This document shows positions 10,200 to 18,004 of a stretch of DNA of 32,000 nt, one piece after another. The notes under the pieces are model-generated. The model saw nothing but the letters and a program-made list of their open reading frames with translations. It was not told the DNA's origin and did no database searches. A program made the position numbers and the translations under genes. Location: NCBI GenBank assembly GCA_934660865.1, contig CAKUIA010000016.1, positions 30,001 through 62,000 of the forward strand, written 5' to 3'. Numbering within the stretch: the first letter of the stretch is position 1; each line of letters opens with the position of its first letter. Source of the stretch: an uncultured Opitutales bacterium. GTDB taxonomy: Bacteria; Verrucomicrobiota; Verrucomicrobiia; Opitutales; Intestinicryptomonadaceae.

Positions 10200-11033
10200 C
10201 TACTTTCTGTTGCTGCGGGGGTTTTCGGCCCAGCCGAGTTTGCTTTGCAAAATTTTAAAATGGGAATGGCTTATTGCCCTTAAAAATTTTATCTTTTCGG
10301 GGTTTGCCGCTATCCGTACTTTTTCGTTTGGGGCAAGGCTGAAAAGCTTTTCGCCGTCTACAAAAACGTCTCCCGATTGGTTCGGGCTTTCTATGTCGAG
10401 CACCGACGAAGCGTCGAAAATAATGCTTCGGTTTGCCAATGCGTGCGGGCAAATGGGCGTAAGCACATAGGCGTTTAGCTGCGGAGTAAGCAGCGGGCCT
10501 CCCGCCGAAAGGTTGTAGGCTGTAGAGCCCGTCGGGGTGGAAACAATAACGCCGTCGGCGGAATAGTCGGCAACATATTCGCCGTCGCAGTGCATTACGG
10601 CCTCGTACATTCCGACGGGAGCGGTTGCCCTTACAACAATGTCGTTTAACGCAACATATTTTTTGCCGTTTGCCGTTGCCGAAAGCAGGGCCCTTTCGCT
10701 TACCTTGTAGTTGCCGTCCAAAATAAATTTAAAGTCCCAGTCGGAAATCGAATCTTTAAAGGTTGCCAAAAAGCCCAGCTTGCCGAAGTTTATGCCGAAC
10801 ACGGGAATGTCGGCCTGCAGCGCCTGGTTTACGCACGAAAGCAAAGTGCCGTCGCCGCCCAAAACGCAGGCGGCGTCGAAGCCTTCGAACGCGTTTTCGC
10901 CCAGTTTTAGGCTTTGCATTTGCACGGCTTTTACGCCGAACTTTTCGGCAAGCGCGCACAGCCTCTCGGCCAATGGTTGCGATTTCGGTTTGGTCGGGTT
11001 AACAATCAATGCTATTTTCTTTAGGGCTTTCAC
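10200..11033 (-). CDS. nadK: NAD+ kinase
   Basis: 277 aa with the GGDGT motif (VLGGDGTLL) and VSTPTGSTAYNLSAGGP, both typical of NadK/PpnK. Confidence 0.93.
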   Translation of the reverse strand: MKALKKIALIVNPTKPKSQPLAERLCALAEKFGVKAVQMQSLKLGENAFEGFDAACVLGGDGTLLSCVNQALQADIPVFGINFGKLGFLATFKDSISDWDFKFILDGNYKVSERALLSATANGKKYVALNDIVVRATAPVGMYEAVMHCDGEYVADYSADGVIVSTPTGSTAYNLSAGGPLLTPQLNAYVLTPICPHALANRSIIFDASSVLDIESPNQSGDVFVDGEKLFSLAPNEKVRIAANPEKIKFLRAISHSHFKILQSKLGWAENPRSNRK

Positions 11034-11050
11034 TTTTTTATATATCGAAT

Positions 11051-11077
11051 ATTGTAGAATGCCGCGTATTCTGCAAT
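11051..11077. promoter_or_regulatory. 10-bp inverted repeat ATTGTAGAAT-N7-ATTCTGCAAT (1 mismatch) in the nadK/ndk divergent intergenic region
   Basis: Read directly: 9 of 10 positions are complementary and the exception is T55/G73. It is centred in the 93-nt gap between the nadK start (11033) and the ndk start (11127). Candidate operator. Confidence 0.3.
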
Positions 11078-11126
11078 ATAAAAAAAGCTTTTAAAAAACG
11101 TCAAAATATGTAGTTTGTTTTGGAAT

Positions 11127-11543
11127 ATGAAAGAAAGAACCCTTGTTATACTTAAACCCGACTGCCTCGAAAAGAAGCTTGCGGGCGTTGTTGTAGACCG
11201 CCTTCAGAAGGCCGGCATGGACATTGTTGCCTGCAAAATGCTGGCTTTAACCGACGCTTTGCTTGAAGCGCACTACGCGCACATTCTCGACAAGCCGTAT
11301 TTCCCGCCGCTTAGGGATTTTATGAAAAGGCGCAGCGTTATTGTTATGGTGTTCGAGGGCGAGGGCGCAATAGCCAAAACAAGAGAGCTTTTGGGGCCCA
11401 CCGATTCCACAAAAGCCCCCAAAGGCACAATAAGGGGCGACTTCGGGCTAAACACGCGCGAAAACATTGCCCATGCTTCCGATTCTCCCGAAAGCGCGGC
11501 GGCCGAAATTGCAAGGTTCTTTTCGGACAACGAAATATTTTAG
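11127..11543 (+). CDS. ndk: nucleoside diphosphate kinase
   Basis: The ATG at 11127 gives MKERTLVILKPD (the track start at 11115 is TTG). Motifs: TIRGDFG and the catalytic-His motif NIAHASDS. 138 aa. Confidence 0.93.
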   Translation: MKERTLVILKPDCLEKKLAGVVVDRLQKAGMDIVACKMLALTDALLEAHYAHILDKPYFPPLRDFMKRRSVIVMVFEGEGAIAKTRELLGPTDSTKAPKGTIRGDFGLNTRENIAHASDSPESAAAEIARFFSDNEIF

Positions 11544-11549
11544 CCCAAA

Positions 11550-12212
11550 ATGAGGCAGGCTCCATTTGAAAGGCTTGATTTTTTAAGCGAGGCGCAAAAG
11601 CAAAAGCTTTTTGAATACGCCGAGCTTTTAAAGGCCGAAAACGCCAAGGTAAATATGGTGTCGCGCAAGGATACCGACGACTTGGCGTATAGGCACATAG
11701 CCTTTTGCGCGGCAATAGGCGCGTTCTTTACGCCGTCCGCCGACGCCGAGATTGTAGACGTAGGCACGGGCGGCGGCCTGCCGGGTATTGTAATGGCCGT
11801 ATTATGGCCGCAGGCCAAAATAGAAATGCTAGACGGCGTGGGCAAAAAAATCGCCTGCGTAAACAGAATGGTAGAGGCTTTGGGCCTAAAAAACGCCACT
11901 GCAATTCAGGGCAGGGTTGAAGAGCGCAAAAAGCTGTACGACTACGCCGTGGGGCGTTCGGTTTGCTCGCTGTACGAATTTGTATGCTTTACTAAAAACG
12001 CCATTGCAAGGGGCAAGCGCGGCACGCTCGAAAACGGCGTTGTATATTTTAAGGGCGGCGAGTGGGACGAAGAGCTTAAGCATAAAAAACTCTATTCCGA
12101 CAAGACGCTAAAGCTCGACGAATTTTTTTGCGACGTACAATATGCGGGCAAAAGCCTTGTTCATATTCCGCAAAGCGCAATCTACGGCGCATTCTTTAAA
12201 AAAACAAAATAA
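11550..12212 (+). CDS. rsmG: 16S rRNA (guanine527-N7)-methyltransferase RsmG (GidB)
   Basis: 220 aa. N-terminal L...Q..L..Y..LL...N...NL(V)S pattern and SAM motif VDVGTGGGLPGI. Typical GidB size. Confidence 0.85.
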   Translation: MRQAPFERLDFLSEAQKQKLFEYAELLKAENAKVNMVSRKDTDDLAYRHIAFCAAIGAFFTPSADAEIVDVGTGGGLPGIVMAVLWPQAKIEMLDGVGKKIACVNRMVEALGLKNATAIQGRVEERKKLYDYAVGRSVCSLYEFVCFTKNAIARGKRGTLENGVVYFKGGEWDEELKHKKLYSDKTLKLDEFFCDVQYAGKSLVHIPQSAIYGAFFKKTK

Positions 12213-12222
12213 AAGGAATTAT

Positions 12223-12969
12223 ATGAAATTGACATTCGACAATAGGGTTGCCCTGGTCAGCGGAGCGGGCAGGGGCATAGGCAAACAAATAGCGCTGGAA
12301 TTGGCCGAGCACGGCTGCAAAGTTGTGTGCGTAAGCCGAAATATCGAAAGCTGCGGGGCTACCGCAAGCGAAATATGCGCAAAGGGGCAAACGGCAAAGG
12401 CGTATGCCTTCGACGTTTCCGACTCGGCCGCCGTTGCCGAAAATTGCGCGGAAATTGTAAAGGACTTCGGCAAGGTAGACATTATCGTAAACGACGCGGG
12501 CATTACGCGCGACAATCTGGTTATGAGAATGTCGGACAAAGAATGGAACGACGTTATAAACACCAATTTGTCGGGCTATTTTTACGTTGTTAAAAACCTT
12601 TCGCGCCAGCTGCTTTCCAACCGCTGGGGCAGAATAATAAACATTTCAAGCGTGTCGGGCGTTTTGGGCAACGTAGGGCAGGCAAACTATTCGGCGGCAA
12701 AGGCGGGCGTTATAGGCCTTACCAAATCTTTGGCAAGGGAATTTGCCTCGCGCGGGATAACCTGCAACGCAATAGCGCCGGGCTTTGTGGAAACCGATAT
12801 GACGGCAAAGCTTTCGCCCGCAGTGTTGGAGGCCGCAAAGAACGTAATTCCCCTAAAGCGTTTCGGCAATGTTGCCGACATTGCCGCAGCCTGCGTATTT
12901 TTGGCTTCGCAGGAAGCCTCGTATATAACGGGACAGGTTCTTTGCGTAGACGGCGGAATGGCTATGTAG
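12223..12969 (+). CDS. fabG: 3-oxoacyl-[ACP] reductase (classical SDR)
   Basis: The ATG at 12223 gives MKLTFDNRVALVSGAGRGIGK. The track start at 12142 would overlap the rsmG 3' end. SDR motifs: NDAGIT, NISSVSG, YSAAKAG (YxxxK), and a GQVLCVDGGMAM C-terminus. 248 aa. Confidence 0.88.
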   Translation: MKLTFDNRVALVSGAGRGIGKQIALELAEHGCKVVCVSRNIESCGATASEICAKGQTAKAYAFDVSDSAAVAENCAEIVKDFGKVDIIVNDAGITRDNLVMRMSDKEWNDVINTNLSGYFYVVKNLSRQLLSNRWGRIINISSVSGVLGNVGQANYSAAKAGVIGLTKSLAREFASRGITCNAIAPGFVETDMTAKLSPAVLEAAKNVIPLKRFGNVADIAAACVFLASQEASYITGQVLCVDGGMAM

Positions 12970-13139
12970 GCTGTTTTTTTTCGGGCAATGGGCTTGCAAA
13001 CGGCGTTTTTTCGGGCTTTTTTTGAAAAAATAGCCCAAAAACCGCATTTTTCCTATTGACTACGGGTAAAAAAAGGCCATTCTAACGACTAATAAAGCAA
13101 GACGCTTTAACCCTAACAACAATCAAACAAAGAATATAA

Positions 13140-13415
13140 ATGAATAAAGCACAACTCATTGAAGAAGTTCAGAAACTCCTCGGCAAAGAAGCCTCTAAAG
13201 CTTGCGCAGAACGCGCTTTGAACAGCGTTCTCGACGCCATCGCAGCCGGTGTAAAGAAGAATAAGAAACTTATTCTCGTAGGTTTCGGTACATTCTCGGT
13301 TGCCGACCGCAAAGCCCGCACCGGTATCAATCCCCGCACTGGTGAAAAGATTAAGATTAAGGCTTCGAAGGTCTTGAAGTTCAAGGCTTCGAAATCCATC
13401 AAGCTCGGCAAATAA
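13140..13415 (+). CDS. hup: HU-family DNA-binding protein
   Basis: 91 aa. MNKAQLIEEV... followed by GFGTFSVADRKARTGINPRTGEKIKIKASKV, the HU/IHF arm signature. Monocistronic with its own terminator. Confidence 0.95.
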   Translation: MNKAQLIEEVQKLLGKEASKACAERALNSVLDAIAAGVKKNKKLILVGFGTFSVADRKARTGINPRTGEKIKIKASKVLKFKASKSIKLGK

Positions 13416-13443
13416 TTGCAGTTTGTAAGACTTTAAAAATAAG

Positions 13444-13472
13444 TAGCCCGTTTTTAGCGGGCTATTTTTTTT
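13444..13472 (+). terminator. rho-independent terminator of the HU gene
   Basis: Stem TAGCCCG (13444..13450) pairs with CGGGCTA (13458..13464) around a 7-nt loop. An 8-T run follows at 13465..13472. Confidence 0.8.
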
Positions 13473-13530
13473 GTCCGTAAAAATGGGGCTTTTGCCGGAA
13501 AATAATTCGCCGTTTTTTATCGTTGTTGCG

Positions 13531-13558
13531 AAAAACAAAAAAGCCCCGAAAACGGGGC
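13531..13558 (-). terminator. rho-independent terminator of the FKBP gene (minus strand)
   Basis: Stem AGCCCCG (13541..13547) pairs with CGGGGCT (13552..13558) around the loop AAAA. On the minus strand a T-rich run follows (complement of 13531..13540). Confidence 0.75.
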
Positions 13559-13588
13559 TTTTGCCGAAACTACCATACTTTTAAAATT

Positions 13589-14362
13589 CTATTTTTTGTC
13601 GTCTTTTTTAAGCTCGTTAATGTCCATACCCTTGGGCATGCCTTCGGGGAGGGGAGCGTCGGCAACGTCTACCATTTCAACGTCGAACACCAAAGTAGAC
13701 CCCGCGGGGATTCCCGGAATTTGCTGCGAGCCGTAGCCGAGCTGGGCGGGTATGTAAAGCTTTATTACGCCGCCTTTGCCTATTTTCTGCAAACCTTCCT
13801 TAAAGCCGGGTATAACTCCGTTAAGCGGGAATTTTGCGGTGTCGCCTTCCTTTGTTTGGTCGAACACGGTGCCGTCTATAAGCGCGCCCTTGTATTTTAC
13901 AACCACAAAAGAGTCTTCTTTCGGCAGGCGCTTGTCGCCTTCCTTTATTATCTGATACGCCAAGCCCGAAGCCGTTTTGCTTACGGCCTTGTCGTTTTCA
14001 AGCTCCTTCCAAAAAGCGGCCATTTTCGCGTCGTATTCGGCCTGCTCTTTTTGCATTGCCTGCTGCGCCTTTTCCATTGCGGGCTTCGCCTTCTTTTCGA
14101 GATATTCGGCCATTTTCGGGCCCAATTCGTTCATGTTTGCGGGAAGCTTTTCGCCGTTTACGCAGGCGGTTATGCCCGAAACAAACGCTGCCAACTCCTC
14201 TTTGTCGAGAGCCAACATGTCTATATTGGCCTGCTGGGCAATGTATTGCCCGAATGTTTTAAGATATTGTTTTTCCTGGTCGGTTGCTGCGTTTGCCATT
14301 GATGATACTGTCATTATCGCCGCCGTAGCGAGCGCGGTTATTGATGTTTTGTTTATTTTCAT
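13589..14362 (-). CDS. periplasmic FKBP-type peptidyl-prolyl isomerase (FkpA/Mip-like)
   Basis: The internal ATG at 14362 gives the signal peptide MKINKTSITALATAAIMTVSSMANA|A. A helical N-domain is followed by an FKBP_C domain (VVKYKGALIDGTVFD...GVIPGFKEGLQKIGKGGVIKLYIPAQLGYG...GSTLVFDVEMVDV). The track start at 14395 adds 11 non-signal residues. Confidence 0.88.
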   Translation of the reverse strand: MKINKTSITALATAAIMTVSSMANAATDQEKQYLKTFGQYIAQQANIDMLALDKEELAAFVSGITACVNGEKLPANMNELGPKMAEYLEKKAKPAMEKAQQAMQKEQAEYDAKMAAFWKELENDKAVSKTASGLAYQIIKEGDKRLPKEDSFVVVKYKGALIDGTVFDQTKEGDTAKFPLNGVIPGFKEGLQKIGKGGVIKLYIPAQLGYGSQQIPGIPAGSTLVFDVEMVDVADAPLPEGMPKGMDINELKKDDKK

Positions 14363-14532
14363 ATTGGTAAAAAACTTTCTTGTTTTGACGGACACTAAAT
14401 AGAGTCGTAAAATTTAAGTCAACATTAAGATATTCGACACTTGCCGGAAGTTTTAGTTCCACAAAATTTTGCGATGCAAAAATGGGCGGCTTTGTTTTGT
14501 GCGGCATCGGCAAAGTGCGGGCAAATAAAGAA

Positions 14533-14560
14533 TTGACAGATTTTATGCGGTAAATAACTT
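14533..14560 (+). promoter_or_regulatory. candidate sigma70-type promoter of the PpiD-like gene
   Basis: TTGACA (14533..14538), then 16 nt, then TAACTT (14555..14560), about 30 nt upstream of the ATG at 14591. This is a pattern match only. Confidence 0.3.
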
Positions 14561-14590
14561 TGTACTTTTAAACAATTACATAAAAATTCT

Positions 14591-16240
14591 ATGATTACTT
14601 GGATTCAACTAATTTTGCAGAAACACCATAAATCGGTATTCAGCGTTTTGCTGTTTTTCATAATTGTGGCGTTTGTGTTTACAATCGGCTCTTCAATTCC
14701 GTTTTTCGGCGACAGAAACGCGTCTTTCGACGACTCGAAAAACAAGAAAGATTTTTACGGTTGGGATTTGTCCGACGAAAACATTGTAAACTTCCTTTAC
14801 ACAGGCGCCTACTACGACGTTCTTTTGGCGGGCGGCAACCCCCGCAACCAAGACACCGTAATGAACGCCCTGTACACAAGGGCAATGCTTTTGTCTTTGG
14901 CTAAAAGCGCCTGTTTACCCACGGTTTCCGACAAGGAATACAAAGAGTACATACATTCAAGGCCTTTCTTTGCCGACCAAAACGGCAAGTTCTCGTACGA
15001 AAAGTTTTCGAAATTCATAGCCGAATCGAGAATGCCCACCGAGTATTTGAACAACACGCTTTTGGAAAGCGCATTGGTCAACAAGCTAATGGTTATAATT
15101 TCGGGCCCAGGCTACGTTCAGCAGGCCGACATAGACGCAAACTACAAGCTTATAAATTCCAAATGGACATTCGACATTGCGTCGCTTTCCATTGACTCGT
15201 TTAAGGCCGAAATAAAAGCCGGCGACGAAGCCCTTAAAAAGTTTTACGACACAAACAAAGCCCGCTACGAGGTTATGCCCGAATATTCGCTGCAGGTTGC
15301 ATTTTTTGCGATAGACCCCTCCGAAAAGGTAGACTTGTCGGAATCGGAACTTACAAAGTTTTACGACGCAAACAAGGCAAACTATGTAGAGGAAAAAGAC
15401 GGCAAAAAACAGCTTAAGCCCTTTGTTTCGGTAAGGGAAGACGTTGCAAAGAGCGTAAAACAGGCAACCTTGATACGCTCGGCAATGATAAAGGCGCAGG
15501 ACTTTTCCGACAAAGTTTACGACGCAAACACTACATTTAATAGCGATGCCTTTAAGGGTTTGCTAAAGTCGAACAATGTTTCGCTTAAAAAGGTAAAACC
15601 CTTCCACCAAAACGATTCCGAACTCGACAAATCCGTTCCCGTTTCGGTTCTTCGCGCGGGGTTGGCGTTAGACGAAAAAACATGGATTGCCCCCGATGTT
15701 GTATCCGACGAAAAGGGCGCATATGTCGTATTTTTGGAATCTAAAAAGGCCGCCTACATACCCGAATTTGCGGCGGTTAAAGAGCAGGTTAAAAACGACT
15801 ATATAGAATCCGAACGCTACCGTATGTTCAACGAAAAGGCGCAGCAGCTTTCGAAAGACCTTACAAAGGCCGTTTCCGAAAAACAGTCGTTCGAAAAGGT
15901 TGCAAAGAAATTGGCAATGGCGGTAAAAAGCGTTAAACAGTTTTCGTTTGCAAACCCCAAGCAGGAGGACTTGTCGGCTTTGGGTTCGGCTTTCTATGCA
16001 GTAATGCAAACATTGCCGCAGCTTAAGCTAAACGAAGTTTCAAAACCCGTTGTCCAGGCGCAGAACGCCTACATATTCTATGTTTCGAATATAGAATACG
16101 CTCCCGTAAACAAAGACTCCAAAGAATACAAAAACTACGCAAAATCGGCGCAGCAGCAGGCGGCTTTCCGCTCGCTGGGTTCTTTCCTGTCTTCTATGGA
16201 AAATTCGGCGTTAAAGAGCGCGCCAAAAGACGGCGAATAA
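14591..16240 (+). CDS. PpiD-like periplasmic chaperone (N-terminal membrane anchor, SurA-N-like region, degenerate rotamase-like region)
   Basis: 549 aa. The N-terminus MITWIQLILQKHHKSVFSVLLFFIIVAFVFTIGSS matches the PpiD-type anchor. The remainder is long, helical and K/E-rich. A typical ...G.YVVFLESKK... segment is present. I could not see a clear parvulin catalytic signature. Confidence 0.6.
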   Translation: MITWIQLILQKHHKSVFSVLLFFIIVAFVFTIGSSIPFFGDRNASFDDSKNKKDFYGWDLSDENIVNFLYTGAYYDVLLAGGNPRNQDTVMNALYTRAMLLSLAKSACLPTVSDKEYKEYIHSRPFFADQNGKFSYEKFSKFIAESRMPTEYLNNTLLESALVNKLMVIISGPGYVQQADIDANYKLINSKWTFDIASLSIDSFKAEIKAGDEALKKFYDTNKARYEVMPEYSLQVAFFAIDPSEKVDLSESELTKFYDANKANYVEEKDGKKQLKPFVSVREDVAKSVKQATLIRSAMIKAQDFSDKVYDANTTFNSDAFKGLLKSNNVSLKKVKPFHQNDSELDKSVPVSVLRAGLALDEKTWIAPDVVSDEKGAYVVFLESKKAAYIPEFAAVKEQVKNDYIESERYRMFNEKAQQLSKDLTKAVSEKQSFEKVAKKLAMAVKSVKQFSFANPKQEDLSALGSAFYAVMQTLPQLKLNEVSKPVVQAQNAYIFYVSNIEYAPVNKDSKEYKNYAKSAQQQAAFRSLGSFLSSMENSALKSAPKDGE

Positions 16241-16265
16241 ATTTTGTAGTATCATAGATTTTTAT

Positions 16266-16298
16266 GCGGGTTTTGCATTTCGCAAAGCCCGCTTTTTT
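16266..16298 (+). terminator. rho-independent terminator of the PpiD-like gene
   Basis: Stem GCGGGTTTTGC (16266..16276) pairs with GCAAAGCCCGC (16282..16292), 11 bp with one G-U pair, around the loop ATTTC. A T-run follows at 16293..16298. Confidence 0.85.
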
Positions 16299-16329
16299 GC
16301 GCACTAAAAACGGAGGGAAATCCCCTTAA

Positions 16330-16382
16330 AAACAACAAAGGCAAAAACGCAATAAGCTTGTGCGATTTTGGCTTTGTTGTTT
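16330..16382. repeat. 53-nt extended imperfect palindrome/hairpin in the ppiD-like/fadL-like intergenic region
   Basis: Outer 11-bp perfect stem: AAACAACAAAG (16330..16340) with CTTTGTTGTTT (16372..16382). After a G/G mismatch come 5 bp (16342..16346 with 16366..16370). After an A/A mismatch come 4 bp (16348..16351 with 16361..16364). The 9-nt loop contains AAGCTT. Confidence 0.5.
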
Positions 16383-16496
16383 GCCGAAAAATACGGGGGT
16401 AATTTTATTGTACCTATAGCTTAAATAAAGGGTTTTACGAAAAATTTTTTGCCGAAAAAACTTGCAAAAAACTTTTTTTGTGGCAGTGTCTTTCCC

Positions 16497-16522
16497 CGAT
16501 TTCTTCCTATTTTAAGAAATCG
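16497..16522 (+). promoter_or_regulatory. perfect 9-bp inverted repeat CGATTTCTT-N8-AAGAAATCG in the 5' leader of the FadL-family gene
   Basis: Read directly: 16497..16505 is the reverse complement of 16514..16522. It ends 22 nt upstream of the ATG at 16545. Confidence 0.35.
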
Positions 16523-16544
16523 AAACAGCTAACCAATACAGACA

Positions 16545-17771
16545 ATGAAAAAACTGCTAATCGCTTCGGCGATATGTTCGGCGGCTACACAATTATTAGC
16601 CTCCGGTTTTATGGTAATAGAACAAGGTGCGTCCAATGTGGGCACGGCTCTCGCTGGCGCAACTTCTAACGCGAACCGCGACGCAAGTTGCGCGTTTTGG
16701 AATCCCTCGGCCGCATTTTTTGTCGAGTCGGACACCAAAATAGACGTGGGTATAAACTTTATTATGCCCGTGTTTAGGTATAACGGTTCTGCAACGCACC
16801 CGGGCGGAACTCCCGTTTCGGGCAACGACGGCGGCAATGCCGGCACGCTGAATATGGTTCCGAATTTTTATGCAACGCATAAATTGTCGGAAGACTTCAT
16901 ACTTACATTCTCGGTAACGGCCCCCGCGGGGCTTACAACCGACTACGACGCCGATTATGTAGGCCGCGCGCACGGTATACGCAGCGACTTGGCTACAATA
17001 GACATCAACCCCAGCATAGCCTACAAGGTTAACGACTGGTTTTTTGTTTCGGTGGGCGCTTCGGCTCAGTATATAAATGCGGAACTTACGCAGTCGGGCT
17101 ATGGCAATACCTATTCCAGGGTAGACGGACATTCGTGGTCGGGCGGTTTTAACTTGGGCTTTACCGTAAAATATTGCGAAACGGGCAGGTTTTCGGTAGG
17201 GTATCGCAGTCAGGTAAACCAGTCGATAAGCGGCGGTTTGTCCGTTCCGAGAATTCCCGCGCTTTCGGGCGATGTGGATTGCGAATTGACTATACCCAAC
17301 GTTGTAAATGTCGGCGTATACCAAAGGCTTTGGGGCGACTTGGAAGACTTTGCAGTTATGCTGGATTTCGCGTGGACTCAATGGAGCAGCTTTGACAGCC
17401 TGGATATTAAATATACAAACGGCGCAATGGCAAGCCACACGGTCGAAAACTGGGAGGACACATGCCGCGTAAGCTTTGGTGTTCACTATTATCTTGACGA
17501 CGATATTACCCTGCGCTTGGGCGTTGCCTACGACGAATCTCCGATAGTAAGCAGGCAGTACAGAACGCCGCGTATTCCCGACTCCGACAGAATTTGGCTT
17601 TCGTGCGGTTTGGGCTATAAATTCGGCAACTTTAATGTCGACATAGCGTATGCGTTCATATTCTTCCCCTCGGTTGCAACCACCTATTCCGACCCAAGTA
17701 AGGGCGACCTTTCGGGCGAATTTTACGGCCACTCGCACATAGTTTCGGCGCAAATCGGCTATTCTTTCTAA
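16545..17771 (+). CDS. outer-membrane transport protein, OmpP1/FadL/TodX family
   Basis: 408 aa with signal peptide MKKLLIASAICSAATQLLA|SG. The N-terminal family motif is present (GASNVGTALAGATSNANRDASCAFWNPSA). The pattern is beta-rich and aromatic, and the protein ends ...VSAQIGYSF with a terminal Phe. Confidence 0.85.
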   Translation: MKKLLIASAICSAATQLLASGFMVIEQGASNVGTALAGATSNANRDASCAFWNPSAAFFVESDTKIDVGINFIMPVFRYNGSATHPGGTPVSGNDGGNAGTLNMVPNFYATHKLSEDFILTFSVTAPAGLTTDYDADYVGRAHGIRSDLATIDINPSIAYKVNDWFFVSVGASAQYINAELTQSGYGNTYSRVDGHSWSGGFNLGFTVKYCETGRFSVGYRSQVNQSISGGLSVPRIPALSGDVDCELTIPNVVNVGVYQRLWGDLEDFAVMLDFAWTQWSSFDSLDIKYTNGAMASHTVENWEDTCRVSFGVHYYLDDDITLRLGVAYDESPIVSRQYRTPRIPDSDRIWLSCGLGYKFGNFNVDIAYAFIFFPSVATTYSDPSKGDLSGEFYGHSHIVSAQIGYSF

Positions 17772-17797
17772 TAAAAAAACAAACCTGTTTTTATATT

Positions 17798-17829
17798 GCT
17801 CGCACAATTTTTTGTGCGGGCTTTTTTTT
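17798..17829 (+). terminator. rho-independent terminator of the FadL-family gene
   Basis: Stem GCTCGCACA (17798..17806) pairs with TGTGCGGGC (17813..17821), 9 bp including one G-U pair, around a 6-nt loop. An 8-T run follows at 17822..17829. Confidence 0.85.
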
Positions 17830-17928
17830 GCAAGGCATACTGCGCAAAAATTGCCTTATGTGAATGTCGAAAATGCCGCGCAAGCGGCATAGTTAAAGCA
17901 TTTACGGGCATTTTTTTTGCGCTTTAAG

Positions 17929-17957
17929 TTGACAGATATTCCGTTTATCGGCATAGT
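17929..17957 (+). promoter_or_regulatory. candidate sigma70-type promoter of the GH92 gene
   Basis: TTGACA (17929..17934), then 17 nt, then CATAGT (17952..17957), 48 nt upstream of the ATG at 18005. This is a pattern match only. Confidence 0.35.
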
Positions 17958-18004
17958 CGAGTTTCGTTTTAGACAACTTTTTATTTAACACAACACTAAC
18001 ATAT

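Noticed and set aside
9348-10470. 236-aa and 266-aa plus-strand ORFs antisense to yihY/nadK; similar cases at 13523..14302 (antisense to the FKBP gene), 5588..6184 and 30241..30792
   Set aside because: Same reasoning: the composition is typical of antisense shadows, and each is fully covered by a well-supported gene on the other strand. The abundance of long shadows probably reflects codon bias and TA depletion. A codon-shuffling simulation would be needed to say more.
12970-13139. Direct repeat TTTTTTCGGGC at 12976..12986 and 13006..13016, and the hairpin GGGCTTTTTTT/AAAAAATAGCCC at 13013..13036, downstream of fabG
   Set aside because: This is probably degenerate terminator-like sequence. 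There is no clean stem followed by a T-run and no further copies in the window. A TTGACT at 13056..13061 upstream of the HU gene has no acceptable -10 at 16-18 nt, so I did not call a promoter.
16596-17807. 403-aa minus-strand ORF that mirrors almost the whole FadL-family gene
   Set aside because: It is the codon-aligned antisense frame. It stays open only because the sense gene uses no TTA, CTA or TCA codons after codon 18. The product is Arg/Ala/Val/Cys-rich, has no recognisable motifs and has no start context. The sense frame has clear family motifs, a signal peptide and a terminal Phe.
17865-17897. Tiny ORF ATG TCG AAA ATG CCG CGC AAG CGG CAT AGT TAA (MSKMPRKRHS) upstream of the GH92 gene
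   Set aside because: It is only 10 codons with no RBS, and it coincides with the GCAA-tetraloop hairpin. It is most simply a by-product of that structure.
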